A stretch of 35,230 nt of DNA from Macrostomum lignano (Eukaryota): the NCBI GenBank assembly GCA_002269645.1, contig NIVC01001501.1:1-35230 (forward strand), read 5' to 3'. Shown here piece after piece: positions 19,790 through 31,535 of the stretch. Position 1 is the first letter of the stretch; every line of letters starts with the position of its first letter. The notes under the pieces are model-generated. The model did no database searches, was not told the origin of the DNA, and saw nothing but the letters and a program-made list of their open reading frames with translations. Made by a program: the position numbers and the translations under genes.

Positions 19790-20944
19790 TTTTAGCCATT
19801 TATGAACAATCCGATCCATTGGTCAAGTTACTCTGCTCCTGACTCCCCTTTATTCCTACCTGTAGGCCGAAATTCGATCAGTAACACTGCAGCCAGACAG
19901 GTTAAATCATATATTACCGAAATCGGGTTCACCTGGCATCAAAACGGGAGTAAATGCAATAGTAAACATGCAGACCACTATAAATGCAAGTGCAATATGT
20001 TTCCATGCGCACACCTCAAGTGTGTTTTCACCTGTCAAAAATTTCCCAGTTACACACTGAAGTGTAAAGAGTAGCGCCTTGGCGTACAAGTGGCTTGAAG
20101 TGGGTGTTGTTTCACTTATACATTTATCTAAGGTGTAGCGCGGGCAGCCTGTATCGCAACCCCCGGCTACATTTCGCGGGAAAGCTAACTAGCTGTCCGT
20201 CCGGGTTATTGTTGGTTCAGTTAGTTGCTAGGTGAACTATAATATAGCTCGACTTTGGCTTTCGATGTGACGGCATGGATACGGGCAGTAAATAAAATCT
20301 CATTGTAAAATTATTTGGCATTGCCCCCCGGGCGGTCACGACAGAAGATGCTCGGCTGAGGGGAGAATTTCTGTTGGGACCAACTGATTTCCCCGAAAAT
20401 CAGTTTGAAGTGGCGCTTTTTGTTGCCACAAAAATATCCCAAGCGTGGCGGTGACCAAGGAGGGGGGGTGAAAATCAAGGAGAATGGGGAAGAAAACAAG
20501 GCTAAATGAGACGATTCCCATCGACACACAGGGTGCCATAAATAAGCTGCCACACTGGCAGGCAGAAGTGACTGCCTGCCCAACCCCTCGTGAGCCCTGA
20601 TCCGTGGTGATTTATTGTCTCAAGCAAATACAGCACAGATCTCTATCGCTACTAGATAGACCGAATCTAAAGCCACCTGGTACCTGGAGCAGCCTCTCGT
20701 TTATGAGGTGTGAGCACGCGACTCAATGCTCGTAAACTATATCTCAGTCTTGAATTGTTGAACCACTTTGAGCTGCATAGCAACTGATATTGAAATTGTT
20801 TCTAGCAGAATCAGAAACAAAAGCTGCTGTTCTTTTATTCACCGCGGTACGGGCTGGCGGAGCATGGCGAATGCGATTAGAGCTGTGCTCAGATCATTTA
20901 TTATGATCCCGTGTTCTGGCAAGCAATTAGCCCTCTGCAGGTTC

Positions 20945-21640
20945 CCTCCCTGTAATTCTATAGATCTGCAGCTTCCCGCCCCTGTAATCCTATAGATCTG
21001 CAGCTTCCCTCCCCTGTAATCCTATAGATCTGCAGCTTCCCTCCCCTGTAATCCTATAGATCTGCAGCTTCCCTCCCCTGTAATCCTATAGATCTGCAGC
21101 TTCCCTCCCCTGTAATCCTATAGATCTGCAGCTTCCCTCCCCTGTAATCCTATAGATCTGCAGCTTCCCTCCCCTGTAATCCTATAGATCTGCAGCTTCC
21201 CTCCCCTGTAATCCTATAGATCTGCAGCTTCCCTCCCCTGTAATCCTATAGATCTGCAGCTTCCCTCCCCTGTAATCCTATAGATCTGCAGCTTCCCGCC
21301 CCTGTAATCCTATAGATCTGCAGCTTCCCTCCCCTGTAATCCTATAGATCTGCAGCTTCCCTCCCCTGTAATCCTATAGATCTGCAGCTTCCCGCCCCTG
21401 TAATCCTATAGATCTGCAGCTTCCCTCCCCTGTAATCCTATAGATCTGCAGCTTCCCTCCCCTGTAATCCTATAGAGCTGCAGCTTCCCTCCCCTGTAAT
21501 CATATAGATCTGCAGCTTCCCTCCCCTGTAATCCTATAGATCTGCAGCTCCCCTCACCTGTAATCCTATAGATCTGCAGCTCCCCTCACCTGTAATCCTA
21601 TAGATCTGCAGCTTCCCTCCCCTGTACTCTTATATATCTG
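20945..21640. repeat. Minisatellite, 32-bp unit (CTGTAATCCTATAGATCTGCAGCTTCCCTCCC), ~21 copies
   Basis: Tandem copies read directly. Confidence 0.95.
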
Positions 21641-22334
21641 TCAGCGGCACCCCTTGTAGATCTCGTCACTAGGAACTTCAACTTGATATCTATAGTAGGA
21701 AATCTTAACTCAAGGGCTTCTGCTGGAGATCAAGCTGGAGTAATGTGAGATTCTGTACGAGTATCCAGAAAATCTGAATATAAGTGTAAATATGATTAAT
21801 TTTAATTTCATCCTCAGAGGCGGGGCTAACGTTGCTAGTCATATAATCTCAAATAATGACCTGGAAACGTATTAGTAAATTTTGTTTTAATTAAATCAAA
21901 TTATAATTGCAACTATACTTAAACAAATTCACAGCTCAAAGACCAAATATTTACTTCCTGCGCAGCTTTCACTTCTCATGCTCAGCAGCTCAAATGCCAG
22001 AATTTCAGACTGCAAGCATTCGCTGCGCCTCTGGTCGCCCAGCTGGCAAGGGATGACTTTCCAAATCCGAAATGCAATGTGCAATAATGGTCCAAGCTGC
22101 GGTGCAGCGCCAGTGAGGCTCGGGTGCAGTTGTTGGCCCCTGGCCTGGCGCTTTAGAAATCATTTTAATGGCCGCTGCGGTCCCCACTAAAGCTGCTGTT
22201 GTGTTTTAGCGGGCAGAGCGGGAGGCGGGCAGAGCGGGGGAGAGGGGGCGGGGGCTCCGGCCAGTCCAATCCAGCATAAATTTCAGGCGGCCGGCTTTCT
22301 GGCTGGCGTGGGCTTGGCAGTGCGGCGGCGGTAG

Positions 22335-22352
22335 TGGCGGCAAACTTCAAAG
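22335..22352 (-). promoter_or_regulatory. Candidate TCF/LEF HMG site plus Helper site (CTTTGAA-N4-GCCGCCA)
   Basis: Exact match to the HMG (CTTTGAW) and Helper (GCCGCCR) consensus, 2.7 kb 3' of the Cdx stop. Confidence 0.5.
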
Positions 22353-23169
22353 AGAAGTAAATTGGTTGAGAATGGTTCATTCCCATTCAGACTGGGCCGC
22401 ACCCTCTCACTCCCTTAGCCAAAGTTAACTGGGGGGCACTGCGAGGTGGCCGGCAGTGTTAAACCCCTGGCCGCTGGCCGAGCATGGGAACTTTTCCCTG
22501 GTAATTGGTGACTAAACTCATCTGAGCACAGTTGCGTTAAGGATAGTGTTAAACAGTTGCTCACAGTACTGGTATGTTGAGCTGTGCGGCCTGGAGTCAA
22601 AGAAAACAGTTTCAATTTCTATTGTGCCTTTTGCTCACTTTTTCTCTGTGTGAGGTAGGGGGTGGGTGCAGGCGGCTCGGATGAAAGGGCCTCTATAACT
22701 CGATGGCGCAGGGGCGAGCTTGATGCAGGGGGAGGGATGCTGGACTGGCATTTCAAAGTTTTATGGCACCCCGCGCCGCACAGGCAGGCTGGCATATCCC
22801 TCTCACCTTCCTTCATCTTTAGGCAGGCTGAGAGTGGCAGAATTACCTACCAGTGTGTGGGGTTGCCTGCCAACTGCCAAGCATCGGACCCATGCAGCGC
22901 TGGCTAAAAAATCCGGTCTGAAATGAAGTCATTTCTTTGCCGGGCTGGGGGGGCAGCAATAAAAACTCAAAATGGAGAGACACCAGCCCATAGGGGTGGC
23001 TTTTGTTGTTGTCGTGTCTGGCCGCCCCTTCTCTGCTGGGCCGCTTATAGTTGCTAGGCTAGGGAGCGGAGGGGACCCGCGTCAGCAAGCAGCGATCCGC
23101 TGCCATGATCAGCTTTGGCACTTGTTCAGTGCGGACTTGGCTTGGGCCTCCGGAATCCAGTATCCAGGG

Positions 23170-23452
23170 TGTCCTATAGACTAGGAAGTCCTATAGACTA
23201 GGAAGTCCTATAGACCAGGGGGTCCTATAGAGCAGAGTCCTATAGACCAGGGAGTCCTATAGACCTGGGAGTCGTATAGACCAGGGAGTCCTATAGACTA
23301 GGAAGTCCTATAGACTAGGAAGTCCTATAGACTAGGAAGTCCTATAGACCGGGGAGTCCTGGACCAGGGAGTCCTATAGACCAGGGAGTCCTATAGACCA
23401 GAGAGTCTTATAGACCAGGGGAGTCCTATAGACCAGGGAAAGTCCTATAGAT
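23170..23452. repeat. Minisatellite, ~17-bp unit (GTCCTATAGACCAGGGA), ~16 copies
   Basis: Tandem copies with the variant CTAGGAA. Confidence 0.92.
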
Positions 23453-23735
23453 CAGGGCACGTAGCAACCTTACGTAGCAAATAAAAGAAACCAATGTCTG
23501 CCTCAACTGGAATTTAAATTTCTAAAATATGATTATTATTAATTACAAGTATGTGTTGGAGCAGCAATAGCTGGAAATACCTGCGCATTTGTCTACGCCA
23601 TCTCCAAGATGTATATTTTAAGCGCTAATTTATATTCAGCAAAACAAACAAACGCAAACAGAAACGGAGAGAGGTCGGGTTTCGGATATGACAGGAGGAC
23701 TGTGCGTGTGCGGCTGCAACTGCGGGCAGAAGTCT

Positions 23736-24023
<288 letters not shown>

Positions 24024-24630
24024 GGTCAGTGATTTAAGCTATTAAAGCCTGCAGATTCGCATCTGTACGCCTGTTGATAATAAAAGTGCAAAGCATAGCT
24101 AAGCCCAGCAGTCAGCATGTACATACGCATTCAGTAAAGTGTGAGAGACAGTTAAAAATCGAGTGCACAGAAATATCTCGAAAATGGCTTTCTCAGGTGC
24201 GCAGAACTTGGACGCAGGGCCGAATGAATACTATGTACAAGACTTGGACTGGCCAACGCACTGGACAGCGTGAGGACAACAGACACAAAAGGGCTTCTTG
24301 GTTTGGAAGTGTATTACGATTATTTGATAACAAGGTGAGTAGTTCACTATACATGTATGTACGGCTGAAACTGCTGACTGATTCAATGATTGATTGGTTT
24401 AGCGATTGTAGCTGGCTTGGTGGTGCGTCACGCAGTCAAAGACACTTGCAGGGTAGTTGAAGAGTTCTGTAGCGCCATGCATTGGTGAGCTTGGCTGCAA
24501 TCAATGAGAAGAAAGTGGCCATTTGGGTTGATGGAGACCTTGGAGACATAGAGTGAGTTTTCTAAACATATTAATGCCTTTGACAGCGATTCCACAGGCT
24601 TAGAATTCGGTCTGTTCTATCAAATATCCC

Positions 24631-24990
24631 TGTTTGGCGCCCTCTGTAGCTAATTGTGCTTGGCGCCCTATGTAGCTAATTGTGTTTAGCGCCATCTGTA
24701 GCTAATTGTGTTTGGCGCCCTATGTAGCTAATTGTGCTTGGCGCCATCTGTAGCTAATTGTGTTTGGCGCCATCTGTGGCTAATTGTGTTTGGCGCCATC
24801 TGTAGCTAATTGTGCTTGGCGCCATCTGTAGCTAATTGTGTTTGGCGCCCTATGTAGCTAATTGTGTTTAGCGTCATCTGCTGCTGCTTGTGTTTGGCGC
24901 CATCTGTAGCTAATTATGTTTGGCGCCATCTGTAGCTGATTGTGTTTGGCGCCATCTGTAGCTAATTGTGTATAGCGTCATCTGCTGCTA
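24631..24990. repeat. Minisatellite, 26-bp unit (TGGCGCCATCTGTAGCTAATTGTGTT), ~13 copies, just 3' of Cdx
   Basis: Tandem copies read directly. Confidence 0.93.
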
Positions 24991-25072
24991 ATACACCGCT
25001 ATGCTTAAACAAACTCCAAAGTAAAGAGCGTTAGCTCACCTGTCAGCTGCTGGATGCAGCCGTATTGAAAGC

Positions 25073-25270
25073 TCAGCTCACTGCGCTCTGCAGGGAGGCG
25101 CTAGCGACCCTCCTGCTTGACCAGCTGCTGCTGGAGCTCCTGCGCTGCGCTCTCCTGCACGAACTGCTCCAAGTCGGGCGTCGACTGCGGACTTTCGGGA
25201 GGCCGCCGCGCTGCTGGTTCTTCCTCTGCCGGCGCTCCTTGGCCCGCCTGTTCTGGAACCAGATCTTGAT
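25073..25270 (-). CDS. cdx: Cdx exon 3 (helix 3 and C-terminal tail)
   Basis: Acceptor CCGCAG|ATC; [17 protein letters not shown]; TGA 25075-25073. The tail reading frame is uncertain (see findings). Confidence 0.85.
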   Translation of the reverse strand: MKIWFQNRRAKERRQRKNQQRGGLPKVRSRRPTWSSSCRRAQRRSSSSSWSSRRVASASLQSAVS

Positions 25271-28200
25271 CTGCGGTTCGGGGGTGGGTTGGCGACTATT
25301 GATAGGGTCACCTAAGGACACCCGGGGAGATTTTAGCGTCCTATATGCAGACAAGATGCTACTTGCTAAAGATGAGCCGACTCACCTGTCTTTCCGACAA
25401 ACGAAGCGTCTTTGATAGCTCGGATTTGCGCGCGGTGCTGATGTACTTTTGAAAGTGGTACTCCTTCTCCAGCTCGAAACGCTGATGCGAGCTGTACACC
25501 TGCCTATACTTGTCCTGAGTCCGAGTCTTCATCTCTGCGGAATTGAAGACGGGCTCGCATTATTGTCTCATTGTGGAAGTTTGGTCTTTCAGTGAACTGC
25601 CGCTACACCCTGCCGATCATTTAGTGAACTGCCGCTAACCCCTCCCGATCCGTCAGTGAACTGCCGCTAACCCTTCCCGATCCCTCAGTGATCTGCCGCT
25701 AACCCCTCCCGATCCCTCAGTGAACTGCCGCTAACCCCTCCCGATCCGTCAGTGAACTGCCGCTAACCCCTGCCGATCCGTCAGTGAACTGCCGCTAACC
25801 CCTCCCGATCCCTCAGTGAACTGCCGCTAACCCCTGCCGATCCCTCAGTGATCTGCCACTAACCCCTCCCGATCCCTCAGTGATCTGCCGCTAACCCCTC
25901 CCGATCCCTCAGTGATCTGCCACTAACCCCTCCCGACCCCTCAGTGATCTGCCACTAACCCCTCCCGATCCCTCAGTGATCTGCCACTAACCCGGTGTAA
26001 AAAGTTCAATTTCGGTGTAAAAAGACACAAAGAGAAGGCAGCCAAGGCACAGGGGATTCAAGCGGTCACCTGGGAGCGGCCCGAGTGCTTTGATATTCAG
26101 AGCCCCAGGCCGGAAAAGTGGCGCTCATTTCTGCAAGCCGCGTGCAGTTGACTTTTATTGCCTCCCGCCCCAAAGAGAGGGGAAACGAAGGGGCGGCTGG
26201 CGGGATGCGGAAAATTCGGAGAAGCCGCGGCCGCCGGAGAAGGCAGGCGGGCTGTGCCACTTTGAAGACAGGCCAAGCCCCCCCCCTGCTGAAAAGTCTG
26301 CTGCTTTTTTTGAAAACTCGCGCGGTTCCAAAATAGAGAGGCTTCTTTATTCGCAGAAATTTGTTCAACCACAACAGGAAATCCCAGCGGGGAAGTGCCA
26401 TCGGACCTGCATGGGCGGCGCTTGTAAAAAAGGCAGAGCTAAAAAGGCATATTTCATCCTTGACAAAGACGCAGCCCCATCGTCTCTTGCGCGCACCTTT
26501 CATCCCGTTGGGAGACTGGGCCTTGGCAATAATTTTTGTTCCAAAAAGGTGGAAATTATTGATAAGGCAAAAAGCAAGGATCCAGAGCATCAGTGTTGGC
26601 GCCAGAAGTGTATCAGTTTCTCTGGCACAATAAACTTGTTAATGTATTATGTAACGCAGGTTGTTTGGTTCGTGGCCTCCCCACACTGACTTGAGCATTC
26701 ATTGCAGGATATTGTTGCAAGCAAGCTTGGGAAAACCGTGGTGCGCAGCCCAGTTGGAGTGCAGGGACTCAGAGCCCAGCTCAGAAGCGGCTTCTCTCTG
26801 AGATCGGAGAGATCGGATTTTCCGCTCCTGGGCGCCGCGCCATAAAACTGTCGCAACCCGAGAGCCCCGCCCGTCCCGGTCTATTCCGAGTCGAACTCAA
26901 CTTCTGCTCACTATAACCATGTCAGCCCTTTAAGTTTTCCGCCTTGACTTGATGCAGATGGCAACAGCGGCTGGCGATGCGTGTGTGGGAACGATTTTCC
27001 GGGACGTGTCTGGGAATCGGGAGGTCTCCAAGCTGCGCAGTGTAACCAGTTCCAAGTCCATGGAAACTTCTATTCGGAGCTTTAAAAAATGAATTTCAAC
27101 TTGAGCAGTGCATTGAGCAGCGAGTGAAATTTGTCTGCCTTTTCAGCCAATATTGGCTGATAATATCGGCTAAGTATTAAAGAAAACACACCGATAATGA
27201 GCAGGTGAGTACGATGATGGAGGCTGCAGGCATCTGTTATCCGAATAATTCGGATCCGATCCTTATCATATCATTCAGTTTATACAAATACCCCCCTTAG
27301 CTTAATCTCTTTTAGCTAACAGTGTTCATAGGGTTAAATGGGCAGGCAGTGAAAAGTGAGCGGTGTCTATGGAACCCAGCAACCGCGACTTCCCTGTATT
27401 CCGTACCAATATCATCTCGTCAAAACGCTGTCAATGCTCGGTTTGCTAAGCTGTTCGCCTTGCACAGTCGTTGAGTTTTGATGCGGGCAAGCCAAGAGCT
27501 AATAGGGGCTTTGATGGCGCTGTTTTTTAATACGAAAACACCAAACAATGTGTTCTCAAATTTCATATCTATGGTGTTTTGATGAGTTCCAAAATAATTC
27601 TTTCCCGCCAGTCCTGCTTTACAGTTTTGCTTTTTTGAAGGATAGTGTGATTCTGGCACTCCACAGATCAATTACTGGCACTCCAAAGATCAATAACTGG
27701 CACTCCACAGATCAATAACTGGCACTCCACAGATCAGTAACTGGCACTCCACAGATCAATAACTGGCACTCCACAGATCAATAACTGGCACTCCACAGAT
27801 CAGTAACTGGCACTCCACAGATCAATAACTGGCACTCCACAGATCAATTACTGGCACTCCACAGATCAATTACTGGCACTCCACAGATCAATAACTGGCA
27901 CTCCACAGATCAATAACTGGCACTCCACAGATCAATAACTGGCACTCCACAGATCAATTACTGGCACTCCACAGATCAATTACTGGCACTCCACAGATCA
28001 ATAACTGGCACTCCACAGATCAATAACTGGCACTCCACAGATCAATAACTGGCACTCCACAGATCAATTACTGGCACTCCACAGATCAATAACTGGCACT
28101 CCAGAATCCACAGGTGAAAATGGGGAAATGTTCAATCCATAAAAGGAAGCAAATATTATACTCTCATAGTCGGAAAAAGCAGCTCAGCAAAGCCCCTGAC

Positions 28201-31200
28201 CTCCCTGTTAGCCCAGAAGCGCTAACAACATCCGACAGACAAAATGCAACAACAGACTTAAAGTGAGAGAGGCGGCGCGGGGCGGGGAAGGGGAGATAAG
28301 CGAATTTCTGGCCCGGCGCACCTGCCACGGCTAAGCCGCGCTATAAAACCCGCCGAACTGCGATAAGAACTGCATGCGGCTCTTCTTTAATGCTGCGCCC
28401 CTGTCTGCGCTGTGCGTGCGCACCGCTGCCGGCGCCTCTCTTTGATGACGGCCATTGGGGGAGCGGAGCGGCCTGCCGGCCTTCTGTTGGGAAAACAGGA
28501 CTAACTAATATAGAATTGGGATATCACTGACTATCAAGGGGAGACCGCGATATCAAGCTGCAGACACAACCGCCGGGGGAGGGCGTGGGAGCCGCCTTGG
28601 TAAGTTTGAAGCTCTGCAGCGTTGAAGAGGAGAGGAGAGGCAAAGAGGGAGGGAGAGAGAAAGCGTGAGACTGCGGCAGCAGCGGTTCGCAGTCAATTGG
28701 CAATTAATCCGTTTAGCCAAGCCCCGATCCGCTCAGTTACCGCACTAATCCTAAATCCTGATTTCTAAATATTGAATCCCGATTTCTAAATATTGAATCC
28801 TGATTTCTAAATATTGAATCCCGATTTCTAAATATTGAATCCCGATTTCTAAATATTGAATCCCGATTTCTAAATATTGAGTCCCGATTTCTAAATATTG
28901 AATCCCGATTTCTAAATATTGAATCCCGATTTCTAAATATTGAATCCCGATTTCTAAATATTGAATCCCGATTTCTAAATATTGAATCCCGATTTCTAAA
29001 TATTGAATCCCGATTTCTAAATATTAAATCCCGATTTCTAAATATTGAATCCCGATTTCTAAATATTGAATCCCGATTTCTAAATATTGAATCCCGATTT
29101 CTAAAAATTGAATCCCGATTTCTAAATAATTCCGATTTCTAAAAATTGAATCCCGATTTCTAAATAATTCCGATTTCTAAATATTGAATCCCGATTTTTA
29201 AATATTGGGTCCCAATTTCAAGATATTGAATCCGATTTCAAAATATTGAATCCCAATTTCCGATTATTGAATCCCGATTTTTAAATATTGAGTCCCGATT
29301 TCTAAATATTGAAGCCCGATTTCTAAATATTGAATCCCGATTTCTAAAAATTGAATCCCGATTTCTAAAAATCAAGCCCGATTTCTGATTGTAGGCTCTC
29401 GAATAAATTTTGTAATTCCAACGCATGCAGTTCCAAATTGCATTAGTAATTTATTTCGAAATTCGAGTTCTCCAATGAACTGGATCCAAGTTACCCGTTG
29501 CATCAGCTAGCGGCAGCCATCAAAGTCGATAACTCAATCAAATTCGAGGAGTTTGACCGCCCAAACTCTGAAGTTGATGGATTTGAAAGCGAGAATGGGA
29601 ACCTGAGCATCCTTAATGTATGGGAAGAACAAATTATAATTTGAGCACACCGAGCTCTGAGCTGCTGCCCTGGAGGAGGTCGCCATGAGCACTGAGAGTC
29701 TCCCCTCCGCCCAGCCAGCCGGCTTCTCAGGAAATTTACAGCATTTTTATGCTAATTTGGGACCCAATAAAGCAGCTGGCCTCAAGGATGGCATTGCTAT
29801 GCCATAGTGATTTCTGAGTCTGAGCATCTTTGAATGCCGCTATGGATCTCACGGGTCTCGTGGGACGCGATTTGAAAAATACGCTGCTCGATCTGCATCT
29901 GCATCCTCATGCTCATCATCTATAATCCGGCACGAATGGGTTCGGAGATAAACTGTCTGTATGGACAATTGTGACTGGGATGATGAGGATCATACTGGGA
30001 AAATGAATTGCATTTCCTCCATCACACAAAAGTACTGAACCTAGTGCCGCATCAAGAGGGAGTCAGGGCCCAGGGGAGGTCATTTGACCCTCCACGAGAA
30101 AACTGTTAGTCTAGGGTGGGGTCAAGGGGCGGGGGGTCATCTGACCCCCTCCACTTCGGAAAAATCCTCTAACTCAGCGAACTTCGCTAAAAGCAGCTAA
30201 TACATGCCTAATTTGGTGAGGTGCGCAGAATGCTTAGGCTGATATTGCTACAATAAAAAATATCAATTTAACTGAGAAATAAAACTCTGCATTCCGCAAA
30301 GTTGTGAAATTCAATTGAAAATTGTTTGAAATATTTTTGTTGCCACCTTGATGAAACGGATACAGACATGCAGCTTATATTAAGGTTGTGCCGGAGCCAT
30401 GATGCAGCGAATGCATTTGTATCCATTCCAGACTCCCAGCTGCAGCTATCAACCCAAAGCTCTCAAAGTTTTGTTTCGAATTACAAAATAACTACAATGG
30501 CAGGCCATGCAGCCCAGCCCGTCTAGACGGAATTTTATTGGCAGCTATTGGCAAATTTGGCGGATCTAGGATTTTTCCGGGGGGGGGGGTCATGACCCCC
30601 CTAATTTTCTCCGGGACCCCCCTTAGATGCGTGAGAACTGCTATTGAGATGAAATTAGAAGCTTGGAAGTAAAAACGAGATTTAGAAAATTCTTGTCTGC
30701 CTTTTTAACTACAGAGACTTATACTTTTACGAGGGAAATCTATGAGCAATCAACTCACCGCAGTTTGGCCGCTTCTTCTGCTTCCAGGCTTTGACAATTT
30801 CCTGCTGCAGCTTGGAAGCCTCCTTCATGCCCATGGCGTCTTCCATGTCCTCCTGGTGCAGCGGCGAGAGCGCCTCGTCCGAGCTGGCGGGGTCGGTGGA
30901 TGCCTGCACCGCGGGCTGGCTGGACACCAGGAAGTGCGGGGACCGCTGCTGCTGCTGATGATGCTGCTGGGAGCTGTGATGCGGCTGATGAGGCTGCGGC
31001 AGAGACTGGAGATGTGTCGGAGGCGCCAGAGGTGGCTGCTGCGCGGGGTGTTGCTGCTGCTGCTGGATGAACTGGGCAGCGACGCCAGAGGAGCTCCAGT
31101 CGTGAGGGATCATGCCGCCGCCGCCGCCGCCGCCGCCGCTGCCTGCTGCCGCCGCTGCCGCCGCCGCCGCCGCTGCGGAAGCCACTGCAGGCGGCGTGGT

Positions 31201-31413
31201 GGCCGAGGTCGGCAGGTGGGCGTTGGGCGCGGAGGACGAGCTGGCGACCATGGCGGCGGCCGCGGCGCCGAGGCTGCCGCAGTTCCACTTGCGCAGGCAG
31301 TCCGGGCAGCCGCAGGTGGGGCGGGCCGGCTGAGTCTGCAGGCAGTAGGCGCACCTGCAGGCTGGGTAGGCGGCAGCCGGGCCAAGCGGAGCCCAGGTGT
31401 CAGTCATCGTCAT
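25073..31413 (-). CDS. cdx: Caudal/Cdx ParaHox homeodomain transcription factor, 3 exons, 333 aa as assembled
   Basis: Exons 31413-30759 (phase 1), 25534-25386 and 25270-25073. The spliced homeobox reads [48 protein letters not shown]|[32 protein letters not shown] and [10 protein letters not shown] are Cdx-diagnostic; about 40/60 identity to the remembered vertebrate Cdx homeodomain. The intron lies between homeodomain residues 44 and 45, as in other Cdx genes. Confidence 0.92.
25386..25534 (-). CDS. cdx: Cdx exon 2 (homeodomain helices 1-2)
   Basis: Acceptor CCGCAG|AG; [16 protein letters not shown]; donor GTGAGT. Not reported by the ORF track. Confidence 0.95.
25590..25993. repeat. Minisatellite, 32-bp unit (CCTCAGTGAACTGCCGCTAACCCCTCCCGATC), ~12 copies, Cdx intron 1
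   Basis: Tandem copies beginning ~55 bp from the exon 2 acceptor. Confidence 0.95.
27651..28103. repeat. Minisatellite, 22-bp unit (CTGGCACTCCACAGATCAATAA), ~20 copies, Cdx intron 1
   Basis: Tandem copies read directly. Confidence 0.95.
28752..29387. repeat. Minisatellite, 21-bp unit (ATTGAATCCCGATTTCTAAAT), ~29 copies, Cdx intron 1
   Basis: Tandem copies read directly. Confidence 0.95.
29508..29525 (-). promoter_or_regulatory. Candidate TCF HMG+Helper site (CTTTGAT-N4-GCCGCTA) in Cdx intron 1
   Basis: Same order, spacing and orientation as the 22335 element. Confidence 0.45.
30759..31413 (-). CDS. cdx: Cdx exon 1 (Cys-rich start, polyA/G/Q tracts)
   Basis: First ATG 31413 with an in-frame TAA upstream; low-complexity TF-like N-terminus; donor G|GTGAGT at 30758 is phase-compatible with exon 2. 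Confidence 0.8.
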
Positions 31414-31517
31414 CGCTCTCACCTGTACTCGCTGTGGGCTTGCTTAGCGGTCGAGGATTTAAGTTAGCAAGGAAAAGTTCGCTAATCTTATAAATTAGTG
31501 CAGGTGAGCAAACAGAC

Positions 31518-31535
31518 TGGCGGCAAGGTTGAAAG
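31518..31535 (-). promoter_or_regulatory. Candidate TCF HMG+Helper site (CTTTCAA-N4-GCCGCCA) upstream of the Cdx ATG
   Basis: One mismatch in the HMG site, perfect Helper, same 4-bp spacer; followed by three tandem WGATAR motifs (~31567-31580). Confidence 0.4.

Noticed and set aside
24631-24990. GCGCCATCTG/GCGCCCTCTG in the 26-bp array as a CTCF insulator array
   Set aside because: Only the first 9-10 bases of the CTCF core match and the distal GTGG/CTGG half is missing; CTCF may also be absent if this is a flatworm.
25590-25993. CTAACCC in the 32-bp unit as interstitial telomeric repeat
   Set aside because: A single hexamer per unit, never tandem TTAGGG.
26066-26689. Overlapping 199-aa (+) and 174-aa (-) ORFs in Cdx intron 1
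   Set aside because: Non-ATG starts, no recognisable motif, and none of the codon pattern seen in the real exons; better explained as a GC-rich regulatory island.
30742-31467. 241-aa plus-strand ORF and 199-aa alternative-frame ORF over Cdx exon 1
   Set aside because: Shadow ORFs of a very GC-rich, triplet-repeat exon.
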